A stretch of 64,000 bases of DNA, taken from positions 5,363 to 69,362 of the IMG/VR virus record IMGVR_UViG_3300000304_000008. One strand, 5' to 3'. Every line of letters begins with the position of its first letter. Position 1 is the stretch's first letter. The stretch is from a virus. The notes below the pieces were generated by a model, which saw only the letters and a list, made by a program, of their open reading frames with translations, was not told where the DNA came from and did no database searches. A program made the position numbers and the translations under genes. Shown piece after piece: positions 8,041-17,977 of the stretch.

Positions 8041-8604
8041 ATGGAACAGGAAATAATTACCTTAGTAGAGCAAGCTAAAAAAGGTTCAGAAAGAGCTTTT
8101 AATAGACTCTATAGACGTTATAGACCATTAATATGGAAAAATACATATAATATGGTTCATAATAGAGATTTAACTGATGATTTGGTATCTGTTATATTTA
8201 CTAAAGCATATACTAAATTAGATTCTTATGTTAATCATATTTCATTTGAAATGTGGCTAAAAACTATTGCTATTAATACAGTAATAGATTATATTAGAAA
8301 ATATAGGAATGAAAAGTTAAATGATTATGTAGATGATGAAAATTGTAATATACAATTAGAAGGTGAAGAATTATCACCTGAAGATAAATCTATATATAAA
8401 GAACAATTAGATTTAGCAATGAGTCTAATTCCTACTCTTAAACGTACTCATAGAGAAGTATTATTAGCTAAAATGGATGGATTATCTTATAAAGAAATAT
8501 CCGAAAAGCTTGCAATTGATGAAAGCTCTGTTAAGAGTCTACTCAATAAAGCAAGACAAATTTTAAAGCGTAAATTAAATAACATCAATACTAACAAATC
8601 CTAA
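8041..8604 (+). CDS. ECF-type RNA polymerase sigma factor
   Basis: Region 2-like AF..LY..Y...DDLV...F.KAY...F..WL..IA.N..ID..RK and region 4 HTH (GLSYKEISEKLAIDESSVKSLLNKARQILK). Confidence 0.85.
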   Translation: MEQEIITLVEQAKKGSERAFNRLYRRYRPLIWKNTYNMVHNRDLTDDLVSVIFTKAYTKLDSYVNHISFEMWLKTIAINTVIDYIRKYRNEKLNDYVDDENCNIQLEGEELSPEDKSIYKEQLDLAMSLIPTLKRTHREVLLAKMDGLSYKEISEKLAIDESSVKSLLNKARQILKRKLNNINTNKS

Positions 8605-8614
8605 CAATAATTTT

Positions 8615-8956
8615 ATGCTACAAATTTTTATTGCATTTATTGTAATGGCAATCGTTTGTCTTTTAATCGCGCGAATTAAGAAAGACTCACGAGTTTATAC
8701 TCAATTAATGTTGGGTGTATGCCTTGGATTTATTGTAGGTGCTTCAGTAAAGCATAGTATGACTACTGAAAGTAATAACCAACAGCAGGAAATAACTGCT
8801 CATCCCACGGTTCAATCTCCTGTATCATCTGTTGTAAGGAATGATACAGTGACATTTTGTGAACCGAGTAAGGATTTAAATGAGAGTGACACAGTTATAC
8901 CTACTGTTAGTTTACCTACTAGTCCACAAACAAATGAAATACAAGATGATTCATGA
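8615..8956 (+). CDS. membrane protein
   Basis: Two N-terminal hydrophobic segments and a polar tail. Confidence 0.75.
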   Translation: MLQIFIAFIVMAIVCLLIARIKKDSRVYTQLMLGVCLGFIVGASVKHSMTTESNNQQQEITAHPTVQSPVSSVVRNDTVTFCEPSKDLNESDTVIPTVSLPTSPQTNEIQDDS

Positions 8957-9025
8957 CTGAATAATGCACAGTATAAGTGAATTATTAAGTATTTCTAGTA
9001 TTAACAATTTAAAAACATTATCAAA

Positions 9026-10450
9026 ATGACAAAGAAATCTAAAGCAGAAAGAAAAGCTGAAAAGCTTGCTAAAGTAACAGCATCTAAGAATGCAGCAACT
9101 ACAAAAGTAGAAGATGTAAAAAAAGAAGTTACACCGGTTGAAGAAACAAAACCAGAACCTCAACCAGAACCTAAAAAGGAGGAAGTAAAAAATGAAACTC
9201 AAAAAGAAAAATCAATTGAAAAACCAGTTGAAAAACCCAAAGATACATCAGGAGACAAAACCAAAACTAAGCCTAAAACAACTACTTCAGTTAAGGCAAA
9301 AATCGAAGAAGTTGAAGCAGAAGTTGTTGAACCAATGGTTGATACCAAACCGAATAAGCAAACAATTGCTGGCAGCTTAAACGGTATTGCTAATGGTGAA
9401 CGTATTGATTTGAATCATGGCGTTGAATTAATGGGTATGATTCATAAGCAATATGTAACTAATCCAGATACACCTGAAGAATTGCGTAAAGCAATGAATA
9501 CACAATTTGATGCTATGGCATTTATTCATTTGTATCATTGGAATGAACAAACGAAGAATGATTTCAAAGAAGCCGGTATTAAAGTCAATTCAGAAATGTT
9601 TAATGCTATGTCTGATGCAGTTGCAAATGCATTAGGTATTACATTAGTTGGTTTACCTGTAAAGGAAGACCCAAAACAAATGAAAATTGACTTCGAAGCA
9701 ACAATGAAAGATGCTCCGCAAGAAGCAAAAGAAGCGATTGAAGCTGAAAAGAAAACAAAAGTTATTACTGAAGTACCGAAGTATGATTCTTCAATGACTG
9801 ATGAACAAGTTGTTGAAAATATTCGTGCTATTATGTCTATGCATAGTGGTAGTAATGGTATGAGTAATAATCTTGTAAACGCTGTTAATTTTGCACGTGA
9901 TGCATTTGGTCTTAAAGATGCACAACCTGCCGAAATTCTTGCTGTAATTCTTTCTAAGCTTGATACTCCGCACGTGTTAGTAAATTCCTTTCGTGCCATG
10001 GCTTACGGAAGTCTTCAAAAATGGGAAAATCCGTTCATATCTCATGCAAGATTCATGGCGAAACTTAAACCCTATTCATATACTGATAAAGAAGTAGCTG
10101 ATATTGTTCGTCTTTTTTTAGCAAATGCTATGGAGAACAATGCAAAAGATGATAAAAAATCATTAGAATCTACTGAAACAGCATATGAAGAACTTTTTAA
10201 AGCTTATAATGATTCATTAATTAATGAAATTATGGGCTGTGCGAAAGATTCTAAAAAGGTAGTAAAACTACCAGGAATAAAAGGTTTATCTATGAATAAT
10301 AAACCTATTGATTGTAAAGGAATCTTTCAGATAATGAAAGAAGCTTATGGTGATTTAAGCGATAAGCTTATGAAAAAACAGTTACAAACTATTGCAGCTT
10401 TATATATGAAGCCGATTGGTACCGTGGCAGATTATACTAAGTTGTCTTAA
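9026..10450 (+). CDS. hypothetical protein (474 aa) with K/E/P-rich low-complexity N-terminus
   Basis: Long ORF with no internal stop. Confidence 0.85.
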   Translation: MTKKSKAERKAEKLAKVTASKNAATTKVEDVKKEVTPVEETKPEPQPEPKKEEVKNETQKEKSIEKPVEKPKDTSGDKTKTKPKTTTSVKAKIEEVEAEVVEPMVDTKPNKQTIAGSLNGIANGERIDLNHGVELMGMIHKQYVTNPDTPEELRKAMNTQFDAMAFIHLYHWNEQTKNDFKEAGIKVNSEMFNAMSDAVANALGITLVGLPVKEDPKQMKIDFEATMKDAPQEAKEAIEAEKKTKVITEVPKYDSSMTDEQVVENIRAIMSMHSGSNGMSNNLVNAVNFARDAFGLKDAQPAEILAVILSKLDTPHVLVNSFRAMAYGSLQKWENPFISHARFMAKLKPYSYTDKEVADIVRLFLANAMENNAKDDKKSLESTETAYEELFKAYNDSLINEIMGCAKDSKKVVKLPGIKGLSMNNKPIDCKGIFQIMKEAYGDLSDKLMKKQLQTIAALYMKPIGTVADYTKLS

Positions 10451-10461
10451 TCGTTATCAAA

Positions 10462-10830
10462 ATGAAAAAATTTAATACAGTATTACTAACATTAATTGTC
10501 TTTACTATTTGTGGTTTTATTGGTTATAGTACCAATTATACTCAAACAGTAAAAGCTAATGATTCGCCAAAGATGCCTTTGGTAGTATTCAACACAGAAC
10601 CAGTAGTAACTGGTTTTAATATTAATCTTGATTTAAATACTGGTAAAGCAGTTGTACGCGATACTGATAGAGATATTAAGATTAATATACAAAGAAAAGA
10701 TAGTATTATTACTCGATGGAAAACTTCTATTGTAGAGAAGACTAAATATATTCGAGTAAGAGAATTACCTGCAATGCAAATGCCGAAGACAATTGTAAGT
10801 CTTCCTTTTACAAAGCCTGAAAAGATTTAA
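10462..10830 (+). CDS. exported or membrane-anchored hypothetical protein
   Basis: Signal-peptide-like N-terminus. Confidence 0.75.
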   Translation: MKKFNTVLLTLIVFTICGFIGYSTNYTQTVKANDSPKMPLVVFNTEPVVTGFNINLDLNTGKAVVRDTDRDIKINIQRKDSIITRWKTSIVEKTKYIRVRELPAMQMPKTIVSLPFTKPEKI

Positions 10831-10899
10831 TATTTATTAAATCTATTTTTAAGATAGTACAGGATACTATTAGTTAATTTTATAGCTACAACTATATAA

Positions 10900-12920
10900 T
10901 TAATGAAAAGTATGATAGTCCTATATGTTTATATACTATCTATAAACCGAAAAGTTATAGGAAAAATGGGAGAGTGTGCATAACCCATGTAATATAATGA
11001 TTGAGAACCGATTGGAGATGATTTATATTATAAAGACACAATTTATTCTGCTGTATCGTCGGAAGTGAATAAGTTAAACTCTGCAAAGGTATCGTTAACC
11101 TATCGTCCGCGTATAATCAATATATGAATCAAGAAGGGACAATAACACGTGCTGCAAACTTGCCAAACGGGTAAGTATAAAAACCTCCATTAGCTCCAAA
11201 CTATATGGTTGAATTTAAAAGCAGGACTGACTAACGTCCTAGGGTGTCTCCAAAACATCCTTGCGGTTTTGTAAACGCTAAAAATATATCAAACATAGTG
11301 TTCTATACGTCAACCTATGGAAGTTGGCTCTAAAGAGCTTAAAAACGTATATATGAAGGTGTTATATTATATTATACATAGTACTACTTATAATACTAAG
11401 TAAGTGAGTAGTAGATTGCGTGTTCTAAGAACTGTATGCAAAACTTCAATTGTAATGAAGAAATGTCTATCGCAATGCAAGGGGAACCGGTACCTAGCTA
11501 ATCTAGACGTAGAGTAAGGATAGTTGCAAGACTATATTCTCAGTTTAATGGGATTGTGTAAATCAAGTGTATATATAATAGAAGTGATCGATTGTCATTT
11601 ATATCACTATAATATCTAACGTGCTTTGCACTGGTGTATGACAAATGACTCTGGCGGATGAAGGGCGCCAAAACCCTATTTCAATAAACAACGATTTGAT
11701 ATAAGTTGTTCGTATAAATAAGTTACTCAGGACTAGAACTGGGTTGTGGAATTCTAGGCAAGGTGGGACAGCAATCCTAATCGCTGTATATGGCACAATC
11801 TACGTACATTCCAGTACGAATTGAAAGAGACCATATTAAATATCGGAACTTATTTAAGTCACAATAACGCAGAATATTATTAGTATAGATGTATACTATA
11901 AGAAGTGTAAGTCATTGTTGGAAGATATTAATTAACTTAATGTATAATATTTTAAAAAATGAGGAAGTTCAATGGACGTAGAAATACTTCTCCACCCTCG
12001 ACTGTACAATATAATTGCTTAAACGAAAATCATTGACAGCAAATCATGATGTAAGTATCGCTGAATCGAAATAAATTTCTTCTCATTAGAGAAATTGATT
12101 GATGATAGGTGGAAATCCTAAAATTATGTGCAGTATAAGAACAAAGTCGTAAGTACACGCAGACGGCACAAAGACGTCTATAAATAAAACAAGTGGGCAT
12201 TGCGAAACACCAATGGCTTGTTCATAGTTTTGTGTAACGGTTTTCAACAAAATCGACCGGCTTTTAAGTCGACAATAACTAAAATTTGTTTGCCTATAGA
12301 AAATACCAAAAACTATTATTAACTATCTAAAATTATAAGCGTATGAACAAATTAATTTTTAACCACCATTTAATATAATATCGAGCACGCCTAAATTTAG
12401 TCGCTGTTAGGCTCGTTAAATAATCAGGGAAAGAATCGAACTCCTCTCGTTAACAGGAAAAACATAATACTATTAGAATTACTTATATTAATTTATGGGC
12501 GTAGCTATTCCTACCGTTGGAATCCCGTTATACGTTTTCTAACATATAACTACATTGATATATAATTTCACAAAATAGTATTTCGATAAATGATAAGAAG
12601 AACAGTTGACTCATCTGTCTCATGAGTAAAGTCCTACGGGGAATGCTGAAAGAGTAATAACTCTTAATCTAGTATTACATTTATCATTAAACTAACAAAG
12701 ACTCTCAAATTGTTATAATCTTATTTTATAGAATTATTTGTTTGGCACAAATATTAACGTTAAGTTCATAATGTTATATGATATAACTATCCTCATTCAA
12801 AGCTTTATAAAAGCGTACTATTAAGAACATAGTAAGGATAAATAAAAAGAATTTGACAGAGATTATTTAACTAAATGTTTAATTTATCCGTGGTGACATC
12901 AATCACGGAATCAAAAAAGG
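10900..12920 (+). ncRNA. ~2-kb non-coding tract, candidate large structured RNA(s)
   Basis: No credible ORF; many short hairpins (11158-11176, 11223-11240, 11241-11261, 12106-12120, 12382-12415, 12609-12627, 12887-12909); strand assumed from flanking genes. Confidence 0.4.
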
Positions 12921-12928
12921 ATAATTAA

Positions 12929-13474
12929 ATGGATAAAATTTTAGAATTTACAGAATCCGAACTGAATCAGTATCGAGCTGTGTTAGCTATTTATGGACAA
13001 TATTATGGTAAAAAAGTAGTTAGTCCGTTAAGTGAAAATCTTGATTTAGATCATGCAGAAAAGGAAAAGAAGAATATTAATCCTCGCTTTGCAAAGGCTA
13101 TTAAGAAATTTTTCACGAAGTCTTATACTTTAACATCTTTTGATTTAACTCGAAATGCAAATGGTAAAGTATGCATTACTATTAATCATGACCCGCAATT
13201 AACTTTCCCATTAGTTGCAAATGATAAACCATCAATGCTTGAATCAAGCGAAGAGGCTATTACTAATGCTCTTATTCAGCATCAGACCAGTGGAAAAATC
13301 ACTTTTTTTACTGATTTAGAAAAGGTAAATGAAGTAATTACTAATTTGAATGAACAAAATGCACGAGATTTGGAAGATTTTGCAGATTCTTGTGTAAATT
13401 TTGCTTCAGCATTGCGAAATATTAATACCGCAGAACGACAATCTGTTACAGACTATTTGAATTCTCTTAAATAA
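12929..13474 (+). CDS. hypothetical protein
   Basis: 181-aa ORF. Confidence 0.8.
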   Translation: MDKILEFTESELNQYRAVLAIYGQYYGKKVVSPLSENLDLDHAEKEKKNINPRFAKAIKKFFTKSYTLTSFDLTRNANGKVCITINHDPQLTFPLVANDKPSMLESSEEAITNALIQHQTSGKITFFTDLEKVNEVITNLNEQNARDLEDFADSCVNFASALRNINTAERQSVTDYLNSLK

Positions 13475-13483
13475 TTGTAATCT

Positions 13484-14002
13484 ATGGAAGATGCAGTAAA
13501 AATTAATCCGTATAAGTTGGATATGCTGCGTCTCTTGTTAAAAGATCCAAAAATTCAATCGTGTGTTATTTGGGATGGAGAAACAGCGAAAGAATTTTTA
13601 GTAAAAGACAATGGAGATATATTGTTAGGTAGATGTAAATATGGTTGGGTTAATCATCTATTTAATTCATATAAAGAAATTGACTTTTTCACAATGGCAA
13701 GTAAGATTGCAGTATGTGTAACAGGCTCTGTTAAGAAAGTAAATCCGGATTTGGTTGGGATATTCGATGAAATTTTAAACAAAGTTTTAATTACAAACAA
13801 TAGAGAACAAATAATAGACTTATTATTTCAATATGTCGTTTTGTTTGATGAAGATAGTGTATTCTCTTCTAAGTTTATTCAAGGGAATGCTCTTAGGTCA
13901 CGAAATAAAGATGACCCAAAATCTAGAACTATAGGAAAAGTTGCTTTGGACTTGGGTGGATGTTTCCTAGGCGATATACCAATTATTTTAGATAAATCAT
14001 AG
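13484..14002 (+). CDS. hypothetical protein
   Basis: 172-aa ORF ending at TAG. Confidence 0.8.
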   Translation: MEDAVKINPYKLDMLRLLLKDPKIQSCVIWDGETAKEFLVKDNGDILLGRCKYGWVNHLFNSYKEIDFFTMASKIAVCVTGSVKKVNPDLVGIFDEILNKVLITNNREQIIDLLFQYVVLFDEDSVFSSKFIQGNALRSRNKDDPKSRTIGKVALDLGGCFLGDIPIILDKS

Positions 14003-14099
14003 AATAAACAAAAATATAAGTGTGGGATGGATTAGCTTATAGTAATGCATCATAATCGTTAAGATGTGGATGGATAAGTCTTAACGACTATGATGTTTA

Positions 14100-14160
14100 T
14101 AGCTAGTATGGTAACTTTATGGTTGGGAAGATTGATAGTTCGATTCTATCTCTAGCTACA
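14100..14160 (+). ncRNA. degenerate tRNA-like element
   Basis: TAGCTAG/CTAGCTA stem plus GATAG-TTCGATT-CTATC T-arm, 27-nt interior with no proper anticodon arm. Confidence 0.45.
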
Positions 14161-14213
14161 CGGTAAACGATTATACATGGTTTTAGTATTAATAATTAAA
14201 ATCAATATAATCA

Positions 14214-14711
14214 ATGAAATCAAAAGCTAATAAATTAATTGAAAAACGAGATAAATTATCTACAGATATTACTAAGTATTGGAATATTATTAATGTTGAA
14301 AATGTAGTTAATAAAAATTACAAACGTCATTATGAATTAAAAGAACTTTATAATAGTATAGTAGAAATGTGCAAAGAACGTGCTATGACTAAATTAAAAG
14401 CTCTTTGTATTAATATGGGTATTCGTAATTTTAAAGATTTACCAGCAGATAATATTCAAAAAGATATCTTTATACTTAGTGAATTAAATGAAATCAAAGT
14501 ACGATTAAGCAAAGTACGTACTATTAATCCTAAATTAAAGATTTCCAAAGGTAAAAAGAATCTTAATAAAACAGAAGTTTTAACTTCTAATTGGATTAAA
14601 GCTCGTATTGATGAACTCGATTTACAAATTATAGAAATTAAAGATAAGCTTAATAAATTTAATGAATCTGCGGAACTAGAAGAAGAAACTCCTATGGAAT
14701 TAGCCGCATAA
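14214..14711 (+). CDS. coiled-coil hypothetical protein
   Basis: 165-aa ORF. Confidence 0.8.
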   Translation: MKSKANKLIEKRDKLSTDITKYWNIINVENVVNKNYKRHYELKELYNSIVEMCKERAMTKLKALCINMGIRNFKDLPADNIQKDIFILSELNEIKVRLSKVRTINPKLKISKGKKNLNKTEVLTSNWIKARIDELDLQIIEIKDKLNKFNESAELEEETPMELAA

Positions 14712-14735
14712 TGTTTAATCAATAAATAAATCAAT

Positions 14736-15419
14736 ATGATTGTTCCAGAATTTATCAAAAATAGTAACAAATTTAGTAATACTTGTAAAATAGTAAAAAT
14801 AACAACTCATCATCGTAATGATGATATCGATGGTACACATAAAAAATCAACAGTAAGAGAATATTTTACTTGGTCTAGAAGAGGTAGAGAAGCTCTTGAA
14901 GCTTATCATCGTTCTAAAACACCAGTAAATTATTCTCAGTATAAAAAACCAAAAGAAAAAAAGAAATCTCTTTCGAAAGAAGAAAAGCTAGCATTAAGAC
15001 AATATTCTGAATATCATTATAAGCTTATTAATCAAGCTTATGGTAAAGAAAGTGCAGAAAATCGTCTACTAAAACAAGCTGCATTAAATGATGCACATGA
15101 AATAGCGATTGAAAATTTAATGGCTAGACTTAAAATTTATAAATATAGTCTAAAATTCAGAAATTCAAAGAATTGTAAATATAAAATAGTAGTGTGGGTT
15201 GAGAATGAAAAACATAAACCTATAATATTTACAGAGAAATACGTTCCTAATGTTACTCAAGCTGTTCATGAAGCAGCTAAAACATATAATAGTAATATGA
15301 GTAAATATATGTTTTATCATCATACTAGTATATATGATATTGAGAATAAACGTCCTGTAGCTATATTTACACGTAATTTAATTGAATTTAAAGAAGCTGT
15401 TACAATGTGTGCAGCATAA
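14736..15419 (+). CDS. basic hypothetical protein
   Basis: 227-aa ORF. Confidence 0.8.
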   Translation: MIVPEFIKNSNKFSNTCKIVKITTHHRNDDIDGTHKKSTVREYFTWSRRGREALEAYHRSKTPVNYSQYKKPKEKKKSLSKEEKLALRQYSEYHYKLINQAYGKESAENRLLKQAALNDAHEIAIENLMARLKIYKYSLKFRNSKNCKYKIVVWVENEKHKPIIFTEKYVPNVTQAVHEAAKTYNSNMSKYMFYHHTSIYDIENKRPVAIFTRNLIEFKEAVTMCAA

Positions 15420-15432
15420 TTCTCTATAGAGA

Positions 15433-15512
15433 AGCGTAGGGGAGTTATGGAATACTCGCATACGATTCCATGGCGTATGAATTAATCAGTTCGAATCTGG
15501 TCTACGCAACTA
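15433..15512 (+). tRNA. tRNA-like gene with non-canonical enlarged anticodon loop (identity unresolved; central triplet CCA)
   Basis: Acceptor GCGTAG/CTACGC, D-arm GAGT/ACTC, anticodon stem CATACG/CGTATG with 9-nt loop ATTCCATGG, 5-nt variable loop, T-arm ATCAG-TTCGAAT-CTGGT. Confidence 0.6.
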
Positions 15513-15523
15513 AATTAGTAATT

Positions 15524-17371
15524 ATGAAAATAAGAAATAAAATAGTTTATGTTTATGATATAGAAGTATTTAGAAATGTATTTCATTGTACATTACTTAA
15601 TACTGAAACAGAAGAACTTATAAAGTTCGAATGTTCTATACGTAAAAATAATATAGAAGAAATGTGTAAATTCTTTAAACAAGATGCATATTTCGTAGGT
15701 TATAATAATATACATTATGATAATCCGATAATAAACTATTGTATTGAATATTTTTCTAATTCTAAATACACATATAATAAAATTTGTTTATCAATATTTA
15801 ATTTATCAAATATTATTACACAAGATAAGGAGAATATTGATAGATGGAAACGTTGGAAATATGCCAATAATTTTCTAACAGTTGATTTACTTACTATGCT
15901 TTATAGTAAAGCATTACGAGTATCTTTAAAAGAAATGCAAGTAACAATGATGTATAAAAACGTTCAAGAATTTAATCAAGATTGGAATAGTAATTTAGCA
16001 GACAATAATATAGATTCTATGATAGAATATAACATTAATGATGTTATGTCTACTTATGAATTATTAAAAAGATGTGAAAAAGATATTCAATTACGATTAA
16101 ATATTGAAGACCAATACCATATTCATTGTCTTTCTAAAGATGGTGTAAATATTGGTATGCAAATATTAGCTGAAGAATACATGAATAAAACAGGTATATC
16201 TTGGGATATACTTAAAAATATGCGTTCACCAGCAGACATCATTGATTTAAATGAAATAATTTTACCAATAATAAAATACAATACACCAATTTTACAAGAT
16301 TTATTAAATGAAATGAAACAATTAAAAGTTTCACCTGGTAGAAAAGGTTATGAAAAACAATTTCTATTAGAAGATTTAACAATATCTGTTGGTGTAGGTG
16401 GTATTCATAGTATTAATGAACCAGAAATTATAATACCAAATGAAGATGAATTACTTGTAGATTTAGATGTTGCATCACTATATCCTTCAATGCTATTAAA
16501 TTTTAATTTTTATCCTAGACATTTAGGTAAAGAATTTAAAGAAATCTATCAAGAAATAAAAGATAGACGAATATATGCAAAGAAAACAGGTGATACAGTA
16601 ACTAATGAAACATTAAAATTAGCTTTAAATGGTTTATCAGGTAATTTACAAAATGAATTTAGTTGGTGTTATGATCCTAAATCAGTAATGGGTATTAGAA
16701 TTAATGGTCAATTATTACTATTAATGCTTACTGAAAGATTAATTGCTATTGGTGCAAAACCTATTCAATTAAATACTGATGGTATATTTTGTAAAATACC
16801 AAAAAATAATTATGAATTAGCTAAACAAATATGTAAAGAATGGGAATCTTTAACAGGTTTAATTCTTGAAGAAGATAGATTTAAATCTTTTTATCAATTA
16901 GCTATTAATGATTATTTTGGTGTATTTGAAAATGGTAAAATAAAAGAAAAAGGTTGCTTTATAACAAAAGTAAAATTAGGTAAAGGATTAAGTCCTAAAA
17001 TCATACCTAAAGCTGTAGAAAAATATTTTCTTGAAAATATTAAACCTAAAGATTATATTCCTACAGTAACAGATATTAAAGATTTTTTAATGTCTGAAAA
17101 AACTGGAAAACAATGGCATGTTGAATATAATAACACGTCACAACAAAGAACAAATAGATTTTATGCTTCTACCGATGGTTATTATTTATATAAATGGAAA
17201 GATAATCAAGGAATTAAAGAATATCAGAATATGCTTGTAGCATCTGGTGTTACTTTATTAAATAATTTTGATGATTTAAAAGAAAATCCTAAAATTAATT
17301 ATCAATATTATATTACAGAAGCAAATAAAATTATAGCACAATTTAAAAATAAACAACTATCGTTGTTCTAA
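15524..17371 (+). CDS. polB: DNA polymerase, family B
   Basis: Exo I YDIE, motif A DLDVASLYPS, motif B KLALNGLSGN, motif C NTDG; start placed at MKIRNK because the upstream ATG lies inside the tRNA-like gene. Confidence 0.92.
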   Translation: MKIRNKIVYVYDIEVFRNVFHCTLLNTETEELIKFECSIRKNNIEEMCKFFKQDAYFVGYNNIHYDNPIINYCIEYFSNSKYTYNKICLSIFNLSNIITQDKENIDRWKRWKYANNFLTVDLLTMLYSKALRVSLKEMQVTMMYKNVQEFNQDWNSNLADNNIDSMIEYNINDVMSTYELLKRCEKDIQLRLNIEDQYHIHCLSKDGVNIGMQILAEEYMNKTGISWDILKNMRSPADIIDLNEIILPIIKYNTPILQDLLNEMKQLKVSPGRKGYEKQFLLEDLTISVGVGGIHSINEPEIIIPNEDELLVDLDVASLYPSMLLNFNFYPRHLGKEFKEIYQEIKDRRIYAKKTGDTVTNETLKLALNGLSGNLQNEFSWCYDPKSVMGIRINGQLLLLMLTERLIAIGAKPIQLNTDGIFCKIPKNNYELAKQICKEWESLTGLILEEDRFKSFYQLAINDYFGVFENGKIKEKGCFITKVKLGKGLSPKIIPKAVEKYFLENIKPKDYIPTVTDIKDFLMSEKTGKQWHVEYNNTSQQRTNRFYASTDGYYLYKWKDNQGIKEYQNMLVASGVTLLNNFDDLKENPKINYQYYITEANKIIAQFKNKQLSLF

Positions 17372-17419
17372 CAAAAACTCTCAGATGATCAGTTCGATAG
17401 TCAAAATATGTGAAATATT

Positions 17420-17977
17420 ATGATACTAGAATTAGATTCATCTTTATTCAATAAAATAGAGGATTTATCAATTAATCAATTAGTATTTTTAACGCTGTGT
17501 TTGAATAATAATCAAACTAATCATCAAGATATTCACCAGTTTCTCAGCCGAATTAGTGAAACAGAGATACAGCAGTTAATCGACAATGGATATATTGCCA
17601 TTACTACTTTGGACAATAATATAGTATATGAAATAACAGATAAATTGAAAGAAATTCTTGGTAAAAAAGAAGATTACTTTCAATTATTTTATGATACTTA
17701 CCCAATTTATGTAGTTAGACCTGATGGTACAAAAGGATTTTTACGAGGAAATATTAATAAATGTCGTAAAGAATTTAATCGTATAGTAGGTCAATCTAAA
17801 ACTATGGCAGAACATTTATTAGAATGTCTTAATTTTGATATACAAGAAAAAACTATGTATGGAAAATTAGGATATTTTAAAACAATGTGGAAATGGCTTG
17901 TACAACATGAATGGGAATCCATTGAAGAACAAATGAATTATAATTCAATAGAAACATATGGAACAGCAATTAGCTAA
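17420..17977 (+). CDS. putative replication initiator or helicase-loader-like protein
   Basis: Overlaps dnaB start; N-terminal wHTH-like pattern; function inferred from position. Confidence 0.5.
   Translation: MILELDSSLFNKIEDLSINQLVFLTLCLNNNQTNHQDIHQFLSRISETEIQQLIDNGYIAITTLDNNIVYEITDKLKEILGKKEDYFQLFYDTYPIYVVRPDGTKGFLRGNINKCRKEFNRIVGQSKTMAEHLLECLNFDIQEKTMYGKLGYFKTMWKWLVQHEWESIEEQMNYNSIETYGTAIS

Noticed and set aside
11328-11334. CTCTAAA as an amber-suppressor tRNA anticodon loop
   Set aside because: Flanks do not form an anticodon stem and there is no T-arm or acceptor stem; it is a GCTC-TAAA-GAGC hairpin.
11599-11796. 65-aa minus-strand ORF in the non-coding tract
   Set aside because: Isolated, opposite to all neighbours, no motif or start context; likely spurious.
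15470-15523. ORF-track start of the DNA polymerase
   Set aside because: This ATG lies inside the tRNA-like cloverleaf; ATG at 15524 has the usual A-rich context and sits just before the Exo I motif.
17386-17403. GTTCGAT T-loop-like sequence after polB
   Set aside because: Only a weak 4-bp stem and no acceptor pairing.
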